Part shown: piece by piece, positions 1 to 12,140 of the stretch
Numbering within the stretch: position 1 is the stretch's first letter
How the letters are laid out: each line of letters opens with the position of its first letter
Assembly: GCA_038087875.1 (NCBI GenBank)
Contig: JAXLNO010002757.1
Span: forward strand, 248,001-312,000
Reading direction: 5' to 3'
DNA from: Malacoraja senta
Lineage: Eukaryota
Length of the DNA: 64,000 bases
Notes under the pieces: generated by a model
Told to the model about the DNA's origin: nothing
What the model saw: the letters and a program-made list of their open reading frames with translations, nothing else
The model's database searches: none
Made by a program: the position numbers and the translations under genes

Positions 1-3000
1 CTGAACACAATACTCCAGGTGTAGTCTCACTAGGGCCCTGTACAACTGCAGAAGGACCTCTTTGCTCCTATACTCAACTCCTCTTGTTATGAAGGCCAAC
101 AGGCCAAAACTGCACACAATACTCCAGGTGTGGTCTCACCAGGGCCCTGTACAACTGCAGAAGGACCTCTTTGCTCCTATACTCAACTCCTCTTGTTATG
201 AAGGCCAACAGGCCAAAACTGAACACAATACTCCAGGTGTGGTCTCACTATGACCCTGTACAACTGCAGAAGGACCTCTTTGCTCCTATACTCAACTCCT
301 CTTGTTATGAAGGCCAACAGGCCAAAATTGCACACAATACTCCAGGTGTGGTCTCACCAGGGCGCTGTACAACTGCAGAACGACCTCTTTGCTCCTATAC
401 TCAACTCCTCTTGTTATGAAGGCCAACAGGCCAAAACTGCACACAATACTCCAGGTGTGGTCTCACCAGGGCCCTGTACAACTGCAGAACGACCTCTTTG
501 CTCCTATACTCAACTCCTCTTGTTATGAAGGCCAACAGGCCAAAACTGAACACAATACTCCAGGTGTGGTCTCACTAGGGCCCTGTACAAATGCAGAAGG
601 ACCTCTTTGCTCCTATACTCAACTCCTCTTGTTATGAAGGCCAACAGGCCAAAACTGAACACAATACTCCAGGTGTGGTCTCACTAGGGCCCTGTACAAC
701 TGCAGAAACACCTCTTTGCTCCTATACTCAACTCCTCTTGTTATGAAGGCCAACAGGCCAAAATTGCACACAATACTCCAGGTGTGGTCTCACCAGGGCC
801 CTGTGCAACTGCAGAACGACCTCTTTGCTCCTATACTCAACTCCTGTTGTTATGAAGGCCAGCAGGCCAAAACTGCACACAATACTCCAGGTGTGGTCTC
901 ACCAGGGCCCTGTACAACTGCAGAAGGACCTCTTTGCTCCTATACTCAAATCCTCTTGTTATGAAGGGCAACAGGCCAAAACTGAACACAATACTCCAGG
1001 TGTGGTCTCACTAGGGCCCTGTACAACTGCAGAAGGACCTGTTTGCTCCTATACTCAACTCCTCTTGTTATGAAGGCCAACAGGCCAAAACTGCACACAA
1101 TACACCAGGTGTGGTCTCACCAGGGCCCTGTACAACTGCAGAATGACCTCTTTGCTCCTATACTCAACTCCTCTTGTTATGAAGGCCAACAGGCCAAAAC
1201 TGCACACAATACTCCAGGTGTGGTCTCAATAGGGCCCTGTACAACTGCAGAAGGACCACTTTGCTCCTATACTCAACTCCTCTTGTTATGAAGGCCAACA
1301 GGCCAAAACTGCACACAATACTCCAGGTGTGGTCTCACCAGGGCCCTGTACAACTGCAGAAGGACCTCTTTGCTCCTATACTCAACTCCTCTTGTTATGA
1401 AGGCCAACAGGCCAAAACTGAACACAATACTCCAGGTGTGGTCTCACTAGGGCCCTGTACAACTGCAGAAGGACCTCTTTGCTCCTATACTCAACTCCTC
1501 TTGTTATGAAGGCCAACAGGCCAACAGGCCAAAACTGCACACAATACTCCAGGTGTGGTCTCACCAGGGCCCTGTACAACTGCAGAACAACCTCTTTGCT
1601 CCTATACTCAACTCCTCTTGTTATGAAGGCCAACAGGCCAAAACTGAACACAATACTCCAGGTGGGGTCTCACTAGGGCCCTGTACAACTGCAGAAGGAC
1701 CTCTTTGCTCCTATACTCAACTCCTCTTGTTATGAAGGCCAACAGGCCAAAACTGCACACAATACTCCAGGTGTGGTCTCACCAGGGCCCTGTACAACTG
1801 CAGAAGGACCTCTTTGCTCCTATACTCAACTCCTCTTGTTATGAAGGCCAACAGGCCAAAACTGAACACAATACTCCAGGTGTGGTGTCACTAGGGCCCT
1901 GTACAACTGCAGAAGGTCCTCTTTGCTCCTATACTCAACTCCTCTTGTTATGAAGGCCAACAGGCCAAAATTGCACACAATACTCCAGGTGTGGTCTCAC
2001 CAGGGCCATGTACAACTGCAGAACGACCTCCTTGCTCCTATACTCAACTCCTCTTGTTATGAAGGCCAACAGGCCAAAACTGAACACAATACTCCAGGTG
2101 TGGTCTCACTAGGGCCCTGTACAACTGCAGAAGGACCTCTTTGCTCCTATACTCAACTCCTCTTGTTATGAAGGCCAACAGGCCAAAACTGCACACAATA
2201 CTCCAGGTGTGGTCTCACCAGGGCCCTGTACAACTGCAGAACGACCTCTTTGCTCCTATACTCAACTCCTCTTGTTATGAAGGCCAACAGGCCAAAACAG
2301 AACACAATACTCCAGGTGTGGTCTCACTAGGGCCCTGTACAACTGCAGAAGGACCTCTTTGCTCCTATACTCAACTCCTCTTGTTATGAAGGTCAACAGG
2401 CCAAAACTGCACACAATACTCCAGGTGTGGTCTCACCAGGGCCCCGTACAACTGCAGAACGACCTCTTTGCTCCTATACTCAACTCCTCTTGTTATGAAG
2501 GCCAACAGGCCAAAACAGAACACAATACTCCAGGTGTGGTCTCACTAGGGCCCTGTACAACTGCAGAAGGACCTCTTTGCTCCTATACTCAACTCCTCTT
2601 GTTATGAAGGCCAACAGGCCAAAACTGCACACAATACTCCAGGTGTGGTCTCACCAGGGCCCTGTACAACTGCAGAACGACCTCTTTGCTCCTATACTCA
2701 ACTCCTCTTGTTATGAAGGCCAACAGGCCAAAACTGAACACAATACACCAGGTGTGGTCTCACTAGGGCCCTGTACAAATGCAGAAGGACCTCTTGGCTC
2801 CTATACTCAACTCCTCTTGTTATGAAGGCCAACAGGCCAAAACTGAACACAATACTCCAGGTGTGGTCTCACTAGGGCCCTGTACAATTGCAGAAACACC
2901 TCTTTGCTCCTATACTCAACTCCTCTTGTTATGAAGGCCAACAGGCCAAAATTGCACACAATACTCCAGGTGTGGTCTCACCAGGGCCCTGTGCAACTGC

Positions 3001-5541
3001 AGAACGACCTCTTTCCTCCTATACTCAACTCCTGTTGTTATGAAGGCCAGCAGGCCAAAACTGCACACAATACTCCAGGTGTGGTCTCACCAGGGCCCTG
3101 TACAACTGCAGAAGGACCTCTTTGCTCCTATACTCAAATCCTCTTGTTATGAAGGGCAACAGGCCAAAATTGAACACAATACTCCAGGTGTGGTCTCACT
3201 AGGGCCCTGTACAACTGCAGAAGGACCTGTTTGCTCCTATACTCAACTCCTCTTGTTATGAAGGCCAACAGGCCAAAACTGCACACAATACACCAGGTGT
3301 GGTCTCACCAGGGCCCTGTACAACTGCAGAATGACCTCTTTGCTCCTATACTCAACTCCACTTGTTATGAAGGCCAACAGGCCAAAACTGCACACAATAC
3401 TCCAGGTGTGGTCTCAATAGGGCCCTGTACNNNNNNNNNNNNNNNNNNNNNNNNNNNNNNNNNNNNNNNNNNNNNNNNNNNNNNNNNNNNNNNNNNNNNN
3501 NNNNNNNNNNNNNNNNNNNNNNNNNNNNNNNNNNNNNNNNNNNNNNNNNNNNNNNNNNNNNNNNNNNNNNNNNNNNNNNNNNNNNNNNNNNNNNNNNNNN
3601 NNNNNNNNNNNNNNNNNNNNNNNNNNNNNNAGGCCAAAACGGCACACAATACTCCAGGTGTGGTCTCACCAGGGCCCTGTACAACTGCAGAACGACCTCT
3701 TTGCTCCTATACTCAACTCCTCTTGTTATGAAGGCCAACAGGCCAACAGGCCAAAACTGAACACAATACTCCAGGTGTGGTCTCACCAGGGCCCTGTACA
3801 ACTGCAGAACGACCTCTTTGCTCCTATACTCAACTCCTCTTGTTATGAAGGCCAACAGGCCAAAACTGAACACAATACTCCAGGTGTGGTCTCACTAGGG
3901 CCCTGTACAACTGCAGAATGACCTCTTTGCTCCTATACTCAACTCCTCTTGTTATGAAGGCCAACGGGCCAAAACTGCACACAATACTCCCGGTGTGGTC
4001 TCACCAGGGCCCTGTACAACTGCAGAAGGACCTCTTTGCTCCTATACTCAACTCCTCTTGTTATAAAGGGCAACAGGCCAAAACTGAACACAATACTCCA
4101 GATGTGGTCTCACTAGGGCCCTGTACAACTGCAGAAGGACCTCTTTATTCCTATACTCAACTCCTCTTGTTATGAAGGCCAACAGGCCAAAACTTCACCC
4201 AATACTCCAGGTGTGGTCTCACCAGGGCCCTGTACAACTGCAGAACGACCTCTTTGATCCTATACTCAACTCCTCTTGTTATGAAGGCCAACAGGCCAAC
4301 AGGCCAAAACTGAACACAATACTCCAGGTGTGGTCTCACTGGGGCCCTGTACAACTGCAGAAGGACTTCTTTGCTCCAAAACTCAACTCCTCTTGTTATG
4401 AAGGCCAACAGGCCAAAACTGCACACAATACTCCAGGTGTGGTCTCACCAGGGCCCTGTACAACTGCAGAAGAACCTCTTTGCTCCATTACTCAACTCCT
4501 CTTGTTATGAAGGCCAACAGGCCAAAACTGAACACAATACTCCAGGTGTGGTCTCACCAGGGCCCTGTACAACTGCAGAACGACCTCTTTGCTCCTATAC
4601 TCAACTCCTCTTGTTATGAAGGCCAACAGGCCAAAACTGAACACAATACTCCAGGTGTGGTCTCACTAGGGCCCTGTACAACTGCAGAAGGACCTCTTTG
4701 CTCCTATACTCAACTCCTCTTGTTATGAAGGCCAACAGGCCAAAATTGCAAACAATACTCCAGGTGTGGTCTCACCAGGGCCCTGAACAACTGCAGAATG
4801 ACCTCTTTGCTCCTATACTCAACTCCTCTTGTTATGAAGGCCAACAGGCCAAAACTGCACACAATACTCCCGGTGTGGTCTCACCAGGGCCCTGTACAAC
4901 TGCAGAAGGACCTCTTTGCTCCTATACTCAACTCCTCTTGTTATGAAGGGCAACAGGCCAAAACTGAACACAATACTCCAGGTGTGGTCTCACTAGGGCC
5001 CTGTACAACTGCAGAAGGACCTCTTTATTCCTATACTCAACTCCTCTTGTTATGAAGGCCAACAGGCCAAAACTGCACACAATACTCCAGGTGTGGTCTC
5101 ACCAGGGCCCTGTACAACTGCAGAAGGACCTCTTTGCTCCTATACTCAACTCCTCTTGTTATGAAGGGCAACAGGCCAAAACTGAACACAATACTCCAGG
5201 TGTGGTCTCACTAGGGCCCTGTACAACTGCAGAAGGACCTCTTTATTCCTATACTCAACTCCTCTTGTTATGAAGGCCAACAGGCCAAAACTGCACACAA
5301 TACTCCAGGTGTGGTCTCACCAGGGCCCTGTACAACTGCAGAACGACCTCTTTGCTCCTATACTCAACTCCTCTTGTTATGAAGGCCAACAGGCCAAAAC
5401 TGCACACAATAGTCCATGTGTGGTCTCACTAGGGCCCTGTACAACTGCAGAAGGACCTCTTTGCTCCTATACTCAACTCCTCTTGTTATGAAGGCCAACA
5501 GACCAAAACTGCACACAATACTCCAGGTGTGGTCTCACTAG
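1..5541 (-). repeat. 109-bp tandem satellite derived from a CR1-LINE reverse transcriptase segment
   Basis: ORF starts recur every 109/218 bp (62, 171, 389, 716, 825...). The minus-strand unit (tgttggccttcataac...cagttttggcc) translates [36 protein letters not shown] and aligns end to end with the CR1 ORF at 23885-23993. About 50 units; the array runs off the window start and contains a gap at 3431-3630. Confidence 0.95.
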
Positions 5542-5875
5542 GGATGGATGGAGAGGGAGAGAGAGAGGGGCAGAGAGAGAGAGGGAGAGAGAGGGAGAGA
5601 GAGAGGGTGAGGAAGAGGGGGAGAGAGAGAGGCAGAGAGGTGGAGAGAGAGGGGGAGAGAGGGAGGGGGAGAGAGACGCAGAGAGGGGGAGGGAGAGAGG
5701 GAGGGAGAGGGTGAGAGAGAGGAGAGAGAGGGGGGTGCGAGAGGGGGAATGAGGGGTAGAGAGAGGGGGAGAGAGAGGGGGATAGAGAGTGGGGGAGAGA
5801 GAGGGTGAGAGAGGGGGAGAGAGAGGGGAGAGAGAGAGAGGGGGAAAGAGAGGGGGAGAGAGAGACGGGGAGATA
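5542..5875. repeat. GA-rich homopurine low-complexity tract
   Basis: Almost pure G/A on the + strand (gagagaggg... variants), directly after the last satellite unit. Confidence 0.95.
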
Positions 5876-6025
5876 GGTCAGCCATGGTTGCAAGGCGGAG
5901 TGGACTCGGTAAGTTGGCGATATGCAGAGAACTGCCCTGCTGACTACAAATGAAGAAAGGTCCAATGGAGACAATGCCAAGTGTGGGCTAGCAGGAGTGA
6001 AATGGGCCAAAGGGCCTTTTCCGGA

Positions 6026-7260
6026 CGCTCCGGGCTCCCCGCATCCACCCCATTGTCCCGCAAGGTCGGCTTGGTGACTTTGGGGGAGTTTTTGGGGCAA
6101 ATTAGGTATGTTACAAAACTTACCTTCAGTCGCGCTGTAATTCTGCCACTGGCCGTGTGCGCGATTTTGGCGCCTTTAAGGGGGGGGGCGGGGTTAAAAC
6201 GCGGGTTTCTCCTCCCTTGTCCTGGAAATATTTTGTTGGAGTACAAACCTTGGCTAACAAAATCGTTCCTACCGGCGTTTTGTGATTTTTTTATTTTTAT
6301 TAAATCGTCAATGTCAGCGCTACATTCATTTTAAAAGCAGCTCCTGAAGCGTCAATGCCGATAACGGGGACGGATTTCACACAATGGACAGGTAAACGAA
6401 AGTGCTTTCTTTAAATGTATAAAAGTGCTTCTTAAGAAGCCTTTAATTCACATTTTGTCATGCAACACGGTGATTTTATTCCCCGAATTAACGGCAGTAT
6501 TTTTCATGCCAATACGGGGTTAAATTCACCGCAAATCAACGTTCCAAAAGATCGCGTTCCAGTAATCCTCACTCGCAAGATGAATTAAATGCCCATTAAT
6601 TTACAGGTATTAAACATTCAATTCCTTCCATTTGGCCTGTAAATTCATGAAAATTAGATTTAAAAATTGTTATATTGTGAATTATTGTGTGAATGTTATT
6701 TGGACACTTAGGCTATTTAAAAATGTTAATCTATTCTTAAGAAATTGATAGATGTTTAGATCCAGTAATTGAATTTTGTAATTAGCTACAATTAGGTAAC
6801 TAACTAATTATATGGTTTACTTTCATGTCTTCGAAGTAAGATTGTTTCATATTTGTTTCAGAATGCTTCAATCTATAATACCTGAACATTTCTTTCAGTT
6901 ACCATAATTTTTAAGAAAGTTATGGGCTTTTAACTGTCCTCGATCACAGCTTTTGTGTTAAGTCAATGGAAAAGCAATAGGGAACTAGATGCTAATTTCT
7001 GAGTATGATAATGGCCATAACTTTTTTAATACTGAAGATATGAAAGTGAATTAAGTGTCAAATTAAACTTCTTTTTATGCTTTATCCGATGGGATAAATT
7101 GCAGACTTTATTTTTAAAATCTCAAAATTTTGTAACATTGCTAGGCAAATAGTTTGGAAATGAGACAGAAATCGGCCTGCAAGGCCACGTGGATATAGTG
7201 TGTTATAAGGTGTGGCAAACCGCCTGCCACCGCCTGGGCATGCTCCGCCCTGCTGCATTA
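6026..7260. repeat. Unclassified interspersed repeat, possibly a non-autonomous DNA transposon
   Basis: GC-rich ends with an AT-rich core and no credible ORF; no TIR or TSD could be established by eye. Confidence 0.3.
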
Positions 7261-7589
7261 AAGGGAATGCATGCATCACTGGCTGCATTGCTGCCTCCCC
7301 CGCTGCATGGCAGGGCTTTTATCTTTACCTGATCTTCACAGCTGCATTCCCGAGGCGCTTCCCGGCGGGAGGGGGCGCTTTAGGGCGGCGCACCGGCGCT
7401 GGCAAAGCGGGACGGCGGGTCTCAGGCGTCCGGGTGGAGGGCGACACGCCGAATGTTGGTTCCGGGGTGGTTTTGTTGTTGTTTTTTTGGTGCATTGAGG
7501 GTGGGGTGGAGAGGAAAAAGGAGGGGGGAGGAAGGAGGGAGGGAGTGAGGGAGAGAGAAGTATTCACCTCTCCCTCCCTCTCTGGTCAT

Positions 7590-7737
7590 CACGATGGCCC
7601 AGCAGTAGAGTTGCCGCCTCACGGCACCAGAGACCCCGGTTCCATTCCGACCACGGGCGCTGTCTGTACGGAGTTTGCACGTTCTCTCTCCCCTTGACCT
7701 GCGTGGGTTTTCTCCGGGCGCTCCGGTTCTCTCCCAC
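7590..7737 (+). mobile_element. tRNA-derived V-SINE/HE1-like SINE fragment
   Basis: ggcccagcagtagagttgccgcctcacggcaccagagaccccggttccattccg (A/B-box-like head) followed by the core gtacggagtttgcacgttctc. Confidence 0.75.
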
Positions 7738-7960
7738 CAGGGCCGGATTTATATATGAGCCAGACAAGCTTAAGCTTAGGGCCTCGAGATCTACGGGGGC
7801 CTCGGCCCGCTCCACCAAGGTGTGTTAAACTTTTGACATAGTGGCGTTGTTACGAACCCTACCATCGGTGGCGTTGTGCTTGCGATTCAGGAGGCTTTGG
7901 TGTTGTGGGGAGGGGGGGGATTAAAATGCAGGTGAGGTTTATATTCGTTGTGGAGAGGAC
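7738..7960 (+). mobile_element. Possible hAT-type DNA transposon terminal remnant
   Basis: Begins cagggccggattta, a hAT-like CAGGG terminus; the partner end was not found. Confidence 0.35.
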
Positions 7961-8706
7961 ATAGAAACATAGACAATAGGTGCAGGAGTAGGCCATTCGG
8001 CCCTTCGAGCCTGCACCGCCATTCAATATGATCATGGCTGATCATCCAACTCCTGTACCTGCCTTCTCTCCATACCCCCTGATCCCTTTAGCCACAAGGG
8101 CCACATCTAACTCCCTCTTAAATATAGCCAATGCACTGGCCTCAACTACCTTCTGTGGCAGAGAATTCCACAGCTTCACCACTCTCTGTGTGAAAAATGT
8201 TTTTCTCATCTCTGTCCTAAAAGATTTCCCCCTTATCCATAAACTGTGACCCCTTGTTCTGGACTTCCCCAACATCGGGAACAATCTTCCTGCATCTGGC
8301 CTGTCCAACCCCTTAAGAATTTTGTAAGTTTCTATAAGATCCCCCCTCAATCTTCTAAATTCTAGCGAGTACAAGCCGAGTCTATCCAGTCTTTCTTCAT
8401 ATGAAAGTCCTGACATCCCAGTAATCAGTCTGGTGAACCTTCACTGTACTCCCTCTATGGCAATAATGTATTTCCTCAGATTAGGAGACCAAAACTGTAT
8501 GCAATACTCCAGGTGTGGTCTCACCAAGATCCTGTACAACTGCAGTAGAACCTCCCTGCTCCTATACTGAAATCCTTTTGCTATGAAAGCTAACATACCA
8601 TTCGCTTTCTTCACTGCCTGCTGCACCTGCATGCCTACTTTCAATGACTGGTGTACCATGACACCCAGGTCTCGTTGCATCTCCCCTTTTCCTAATCGGC
8701 CACCAT
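7960..8706 (-). mobile_element. CR1/HER1-like LINE 3' end
   Basis: ORFs 8042-8416 and 8441-8680 match the C-terminus of ORF 22696-24435 almost residue for residue; (ctatgtt)n-type tail at about 7960. Confidence 0.92.
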
Positions 8707-9020
8707 CGCCTCAGTCCACTCACCAGACTTCCTCCGACCCAACCCCCATCCCTGCCATGTGTTCACCATCCCCCCTGACCTCCCCCCTCTCAGATACCGA
8801 ACGGTCTGTCCTCAGCAGAGGCCTCACCTTTGTCCCCCTCCGTCCCCACCTCAATGAGTTCCGCGCCCACCTCGATTTGGAGCTCTTCTTCCCTCGCCTC
8901 CGCCTCACACCGTTCTTCCATGGGAAGGAGTCCTCTCCCCCATTGATGATCCCTTTTCCAGTCTCCAACGGACCCCATCCTCTTGGACCCCCCCCCCCCT
9001 CATGGCCATTGGGATAGTCG
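8707..9020 (+). mobile_element. Penelope-like element ORF fragment (N-terminal pre-RT region)
   Basis: Translates LSDTERSVLSRGLTFVPLRPHLNEFRAHLDLELFFPRLRL, matching the L(S/A)KGL.F.P...F.R.LRL motif of Penelope-type ORFs. Confidence 0.7.
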
Positions 9021-9074
9021 ATGACGGAGTTGAAGGGAAAGAGAGTAAAAGGAGGGTTAATGACCTCAGAATTG

Positions 9075-9352
9075 ATTCTCTCCACATCCACTCTATCCAA
9101 GCTTTTCACTATTTGGTATGATTCAATGAGGTCCCCCCTTATTCTTCTAAAATCCAGCGAGTACAGGTCCACTGCCATCAAATGCTCATCATATGTTAAT
9201 CCATTAATTACTGGGATCATTCTTGTACACGTCCTCTGGACCCTCTATAGAGCCAGCACATCCTTCCTCAGATATGGTGCCCAAAATTGCTCACAATGCT
9301 CCAAATGTGGCTTGACTGGTGCCTTATAGAACCTCAGCATTACATCCCTGCT
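9075..9352 (-). mobile_element. CR1 LINE RT C-terminal fragment
   Basis: Minus frames give FYKAPVKPHLEHCEQFWAPYLRKDVLAL and LYSLDFRRIRGDLIESYQIVKSLDRVD. Confidence 0.85.
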
Positions 9353-9699
9353 TGACAGGGAGAAAATGCAATTGATGTCTTTCATATTAATTAACCATGG
9401 ATTTTCCTGACCATGGTTGACAGCCCCTAATGGGATTGCATCTCTTTCACACATCTCTATAGAGCATAGCGTTAAGCTTCGAAGGGCAAAATTTACACGA
9501 GTTGTGCAGGTCAAGTGTTTTTTTGCAGACAGAGCTTGATACCTAGAATGCGCTACCAGGAGTGGTGGTAGAGGAGGACATGATAATGGTGCTTAAGAAG
9601 GTTTTGGACAGGCGTGTGGTTATGCAGGGAATACAAGGATATGGATCACATGCAGGCAGTGGAGATGAGTTTTGGTTTAGTTTAGAGATAGAGTATGGA

Positions 9700-9960
9700 A
9701 ACAGGAACTTTGGGCCACTGAGTCCGCAATGACCAGCAATTGCCCATTCACTATTTCTGTCCGACAAGCTAGGGACAATCTACAGAAGCCAATTAACCTA
9801 CAAACCTGCACGTCTTTTGTATTTGGGAGGAAACCGGAGCCCCCAGAGAAAATCCACAGGGTGACAGAGGGAACGTACAAACTCCGTCCAGACAGCACTC
9901 TAGTCAGGATCGAACCCGGATCTCTAATGCTGTAAGACAGCCACTCTATCACTGTGCCTC
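9700..9960 (-). mobile_element. V-SINE/HE1-like SINE
   Basis: Reverse complement gives the tRNA-like head (gagatccgggttcgatcctgac) and the core tttgtacgttccctc. Confidence 0.7.
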
Positions 9961-10179
9961 TGTGTTGCCTTAGTTTAACTTGGTATCCTGTTCCACATGG
10001 ACATTGCAGGCTGAAAGTCCTGTTCTTGTACTGTTCTATGTTCTATATATTCTCATTGGACAGGGCAGGGATATGTTTTCCACTCCTCCAGCCTCCATGT
10101 TGAATACTTACTCCCAGTTTAAATCTGATTCAATTAGTCAATCCATTTCTCCCTCCCCTCCTGCCCTGATCCCCATTCT

Positions 10180-10640
10180 ATATCTTGAAGTAGTCATTCC
10201 CTTTTTCACTCCCTGGTCTGTCTACTATGCCCACAACTTTCCTCTACTTTCCTGTCTTGGTGCATGCAACATCTATCCATTTACCTCTTCCCTTCCCACT
10301 GTCCATAGACCCAGGTAGTTCTTCAAAGTGAAACAGCATGAAACACTAGCACTTCCAGTCAAATCTACTGCATTTGGTTTTCATGACGTAATCTTCCACA
10401 TTGCATCAATGAAACAAATAGAATGGCTGCTTTCTGGAGAACCCGCATTCAATCCATGGAACTTTCTAAGATTCCTAATTCCTGCCACTTTAATTCTCCA
10501 TTCAACACCCACCATGATCCATCCATCTGTACCTCTTACACTAGGATAACAAGGGTGAAAGTAACCTTGAGGACCAACAACTCAGCTTCTGTCTGGACAT
10601 GTTGCAGCCTTTCACACTCAATTCCACATTCAACGAGTTG
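10180..10640 (+). mobile_element. Degraded Penelope-like GIY-YIG endonuclease region
   Basis: tgcaacatctatccatttacctcttcccttcccactgtccatagacccagg...ttcaaagtgaaacag resembles the C..CPF.....GP...F.V.Q Cys-linker/GIY-YIG region; multiple indels. Confidence 0.55.
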
Positions 10641-11881
10641 CATTCCCTGTCGATAAAAGAACTGGTCATTTCAACTGTTAAGTTGAAGTCAGAAAGAACA
10701 GATGCAAGAAGTATGAAGCAGGATCCCAAGCTGAAACATTACATAACCATGTCTTCCAGATGCTGCCTGAACCACTGAGTTACACCTGCACGTTTTTGTG
10801 TTTTTTTAAATTATAGTAAAGTTCTCCACCAGCAAAATCAGGACAGCCTGACCTACTTGAGTACTGCAGTATGTGCTGCATTTTATATAACTGTTTAGTT
10901 TCATGCATGCAGAGATGCAGTGAAATGGTTTGGATGGAACAGCAGATGCTGGACACCCCGTCCCTTCTCTCCAGAGATGCTGCCTGTCCCACTGAGTTAC
11001 TCCAGCTTTTTGTGTCTATCTGCAGTGAAATGGTTGTTCTGCATTCTCTCCAGTCATGTCATACTGTACATAAGTACAATACGTCCACTTCTGGAACAGC
11101 ACGCAGAGATCCACCACATTCCAGGGACTATCTTGCAGCTTCCAAGTCACTGAAAAGTCTGATTTTGCCCTAAGGAAATACCCAATTTCTCATTTTCTCA
11201 TGTTAAGGCCCAGTGTCATAACAGCACTGGATTGATGAAGTAGAGGCGCCTGCCTCAGTTTACGTTTTTCTGTTTCAAGATTGTGATCAAACCCTCATCA
11301 CTGAACTGTGTCGCAGTGCCACCCATTACGTATCAGTCCCAATTATCTTTCAACATGCTGGAATCACTTGTTTTTTTATCCATTTTAGACTTTTTTCATG
11401 AATTGTTCAGCATAAACAGTTATGCTACAACAGTTAAGCGCAGCTACCACTTAGTTCCAGATACGTAACAACACAAGAGATAGTGTTGGAAGAATGATCA
11501 AACTCACACATAGTGGTCAGAATCCATAGTCTATTATTAGTAACTCTGCAGAGGAAACACAAGGTGCTTTCTTCTCAGCATGCTNNNNNNNNNNNNNNNN
11601 NNNNNNNNNNNNNNNNNNNNNNNNNNNNNNNNNNNNNNNNNNNNNNNNNNNNNNNNNNNNNNNNNNNNNNNNNNNNNNNNNNNNNNNNNNNNNNNNNNNN
11701 NNNNNNNNNNNNNNNNNNNNNNNNNNNNNNNNNNNNNNNNNNNNNNNNNNNNNNNNNNNNNNNNNNNNNNNNNNNNNNNNNNNNNNNTGTGGGCGGAGCC
11801 ACAGTATGAGTGACACTAATCTACAGATAGGCACAGGGGTAAGTTGCGGTTTATTATTGTCACGTTTAGTTTCGAGGTACA

Positions 11882-12140
11882 GCATGGAAATAGGCCTTTT
11901 GGCCCACTGAACCTGTGCTGACTAACGACCACCCAAATATTAGTTCTATCCTACACACTAGGGACAATTTACAGAAGCCAAAAAACTTACAAACCTGCAC
12001 TTCTTTGAATGTGACGGAACTGTAGCACCCGGAGATAACTCACATGGTCACAGGGAGAATATATGAACTCTATATAGACAGCACCCATTGTCAGGATTGA
12101 ACTTTGGTCTGTGGTACTGTCAAGCAGCAACTTTCCAGGT
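11882..12140 (-). mobile_element. V-SINE/HE1-like SINE
   Basis: Same family signature as the other copies (aaacctgcac...cacatggtcacagggagaa...gtcaggattgaac). Confidence 0.65.

Noticed and set aside
1-5541. CRISPR array or a family of 82-aa + strand genes
   Set aside because: Units are contiguous with no unique spacers; the + strand ORFs start at TTG and are antisense by-products of a CR1-derived repeat.
5486-6100. Ser/Pro/Leu-rich and Arg/Glu/Gly-rich ORFs
   Set aside because: Translations of the GA low-complexity tract.
11788-11844. Exon end after the gap (…ggcacaggg|gtaagt)
   Set aside because: The phase-1 frame has a stop and the open frame is phase 0 with no MHC similarity.
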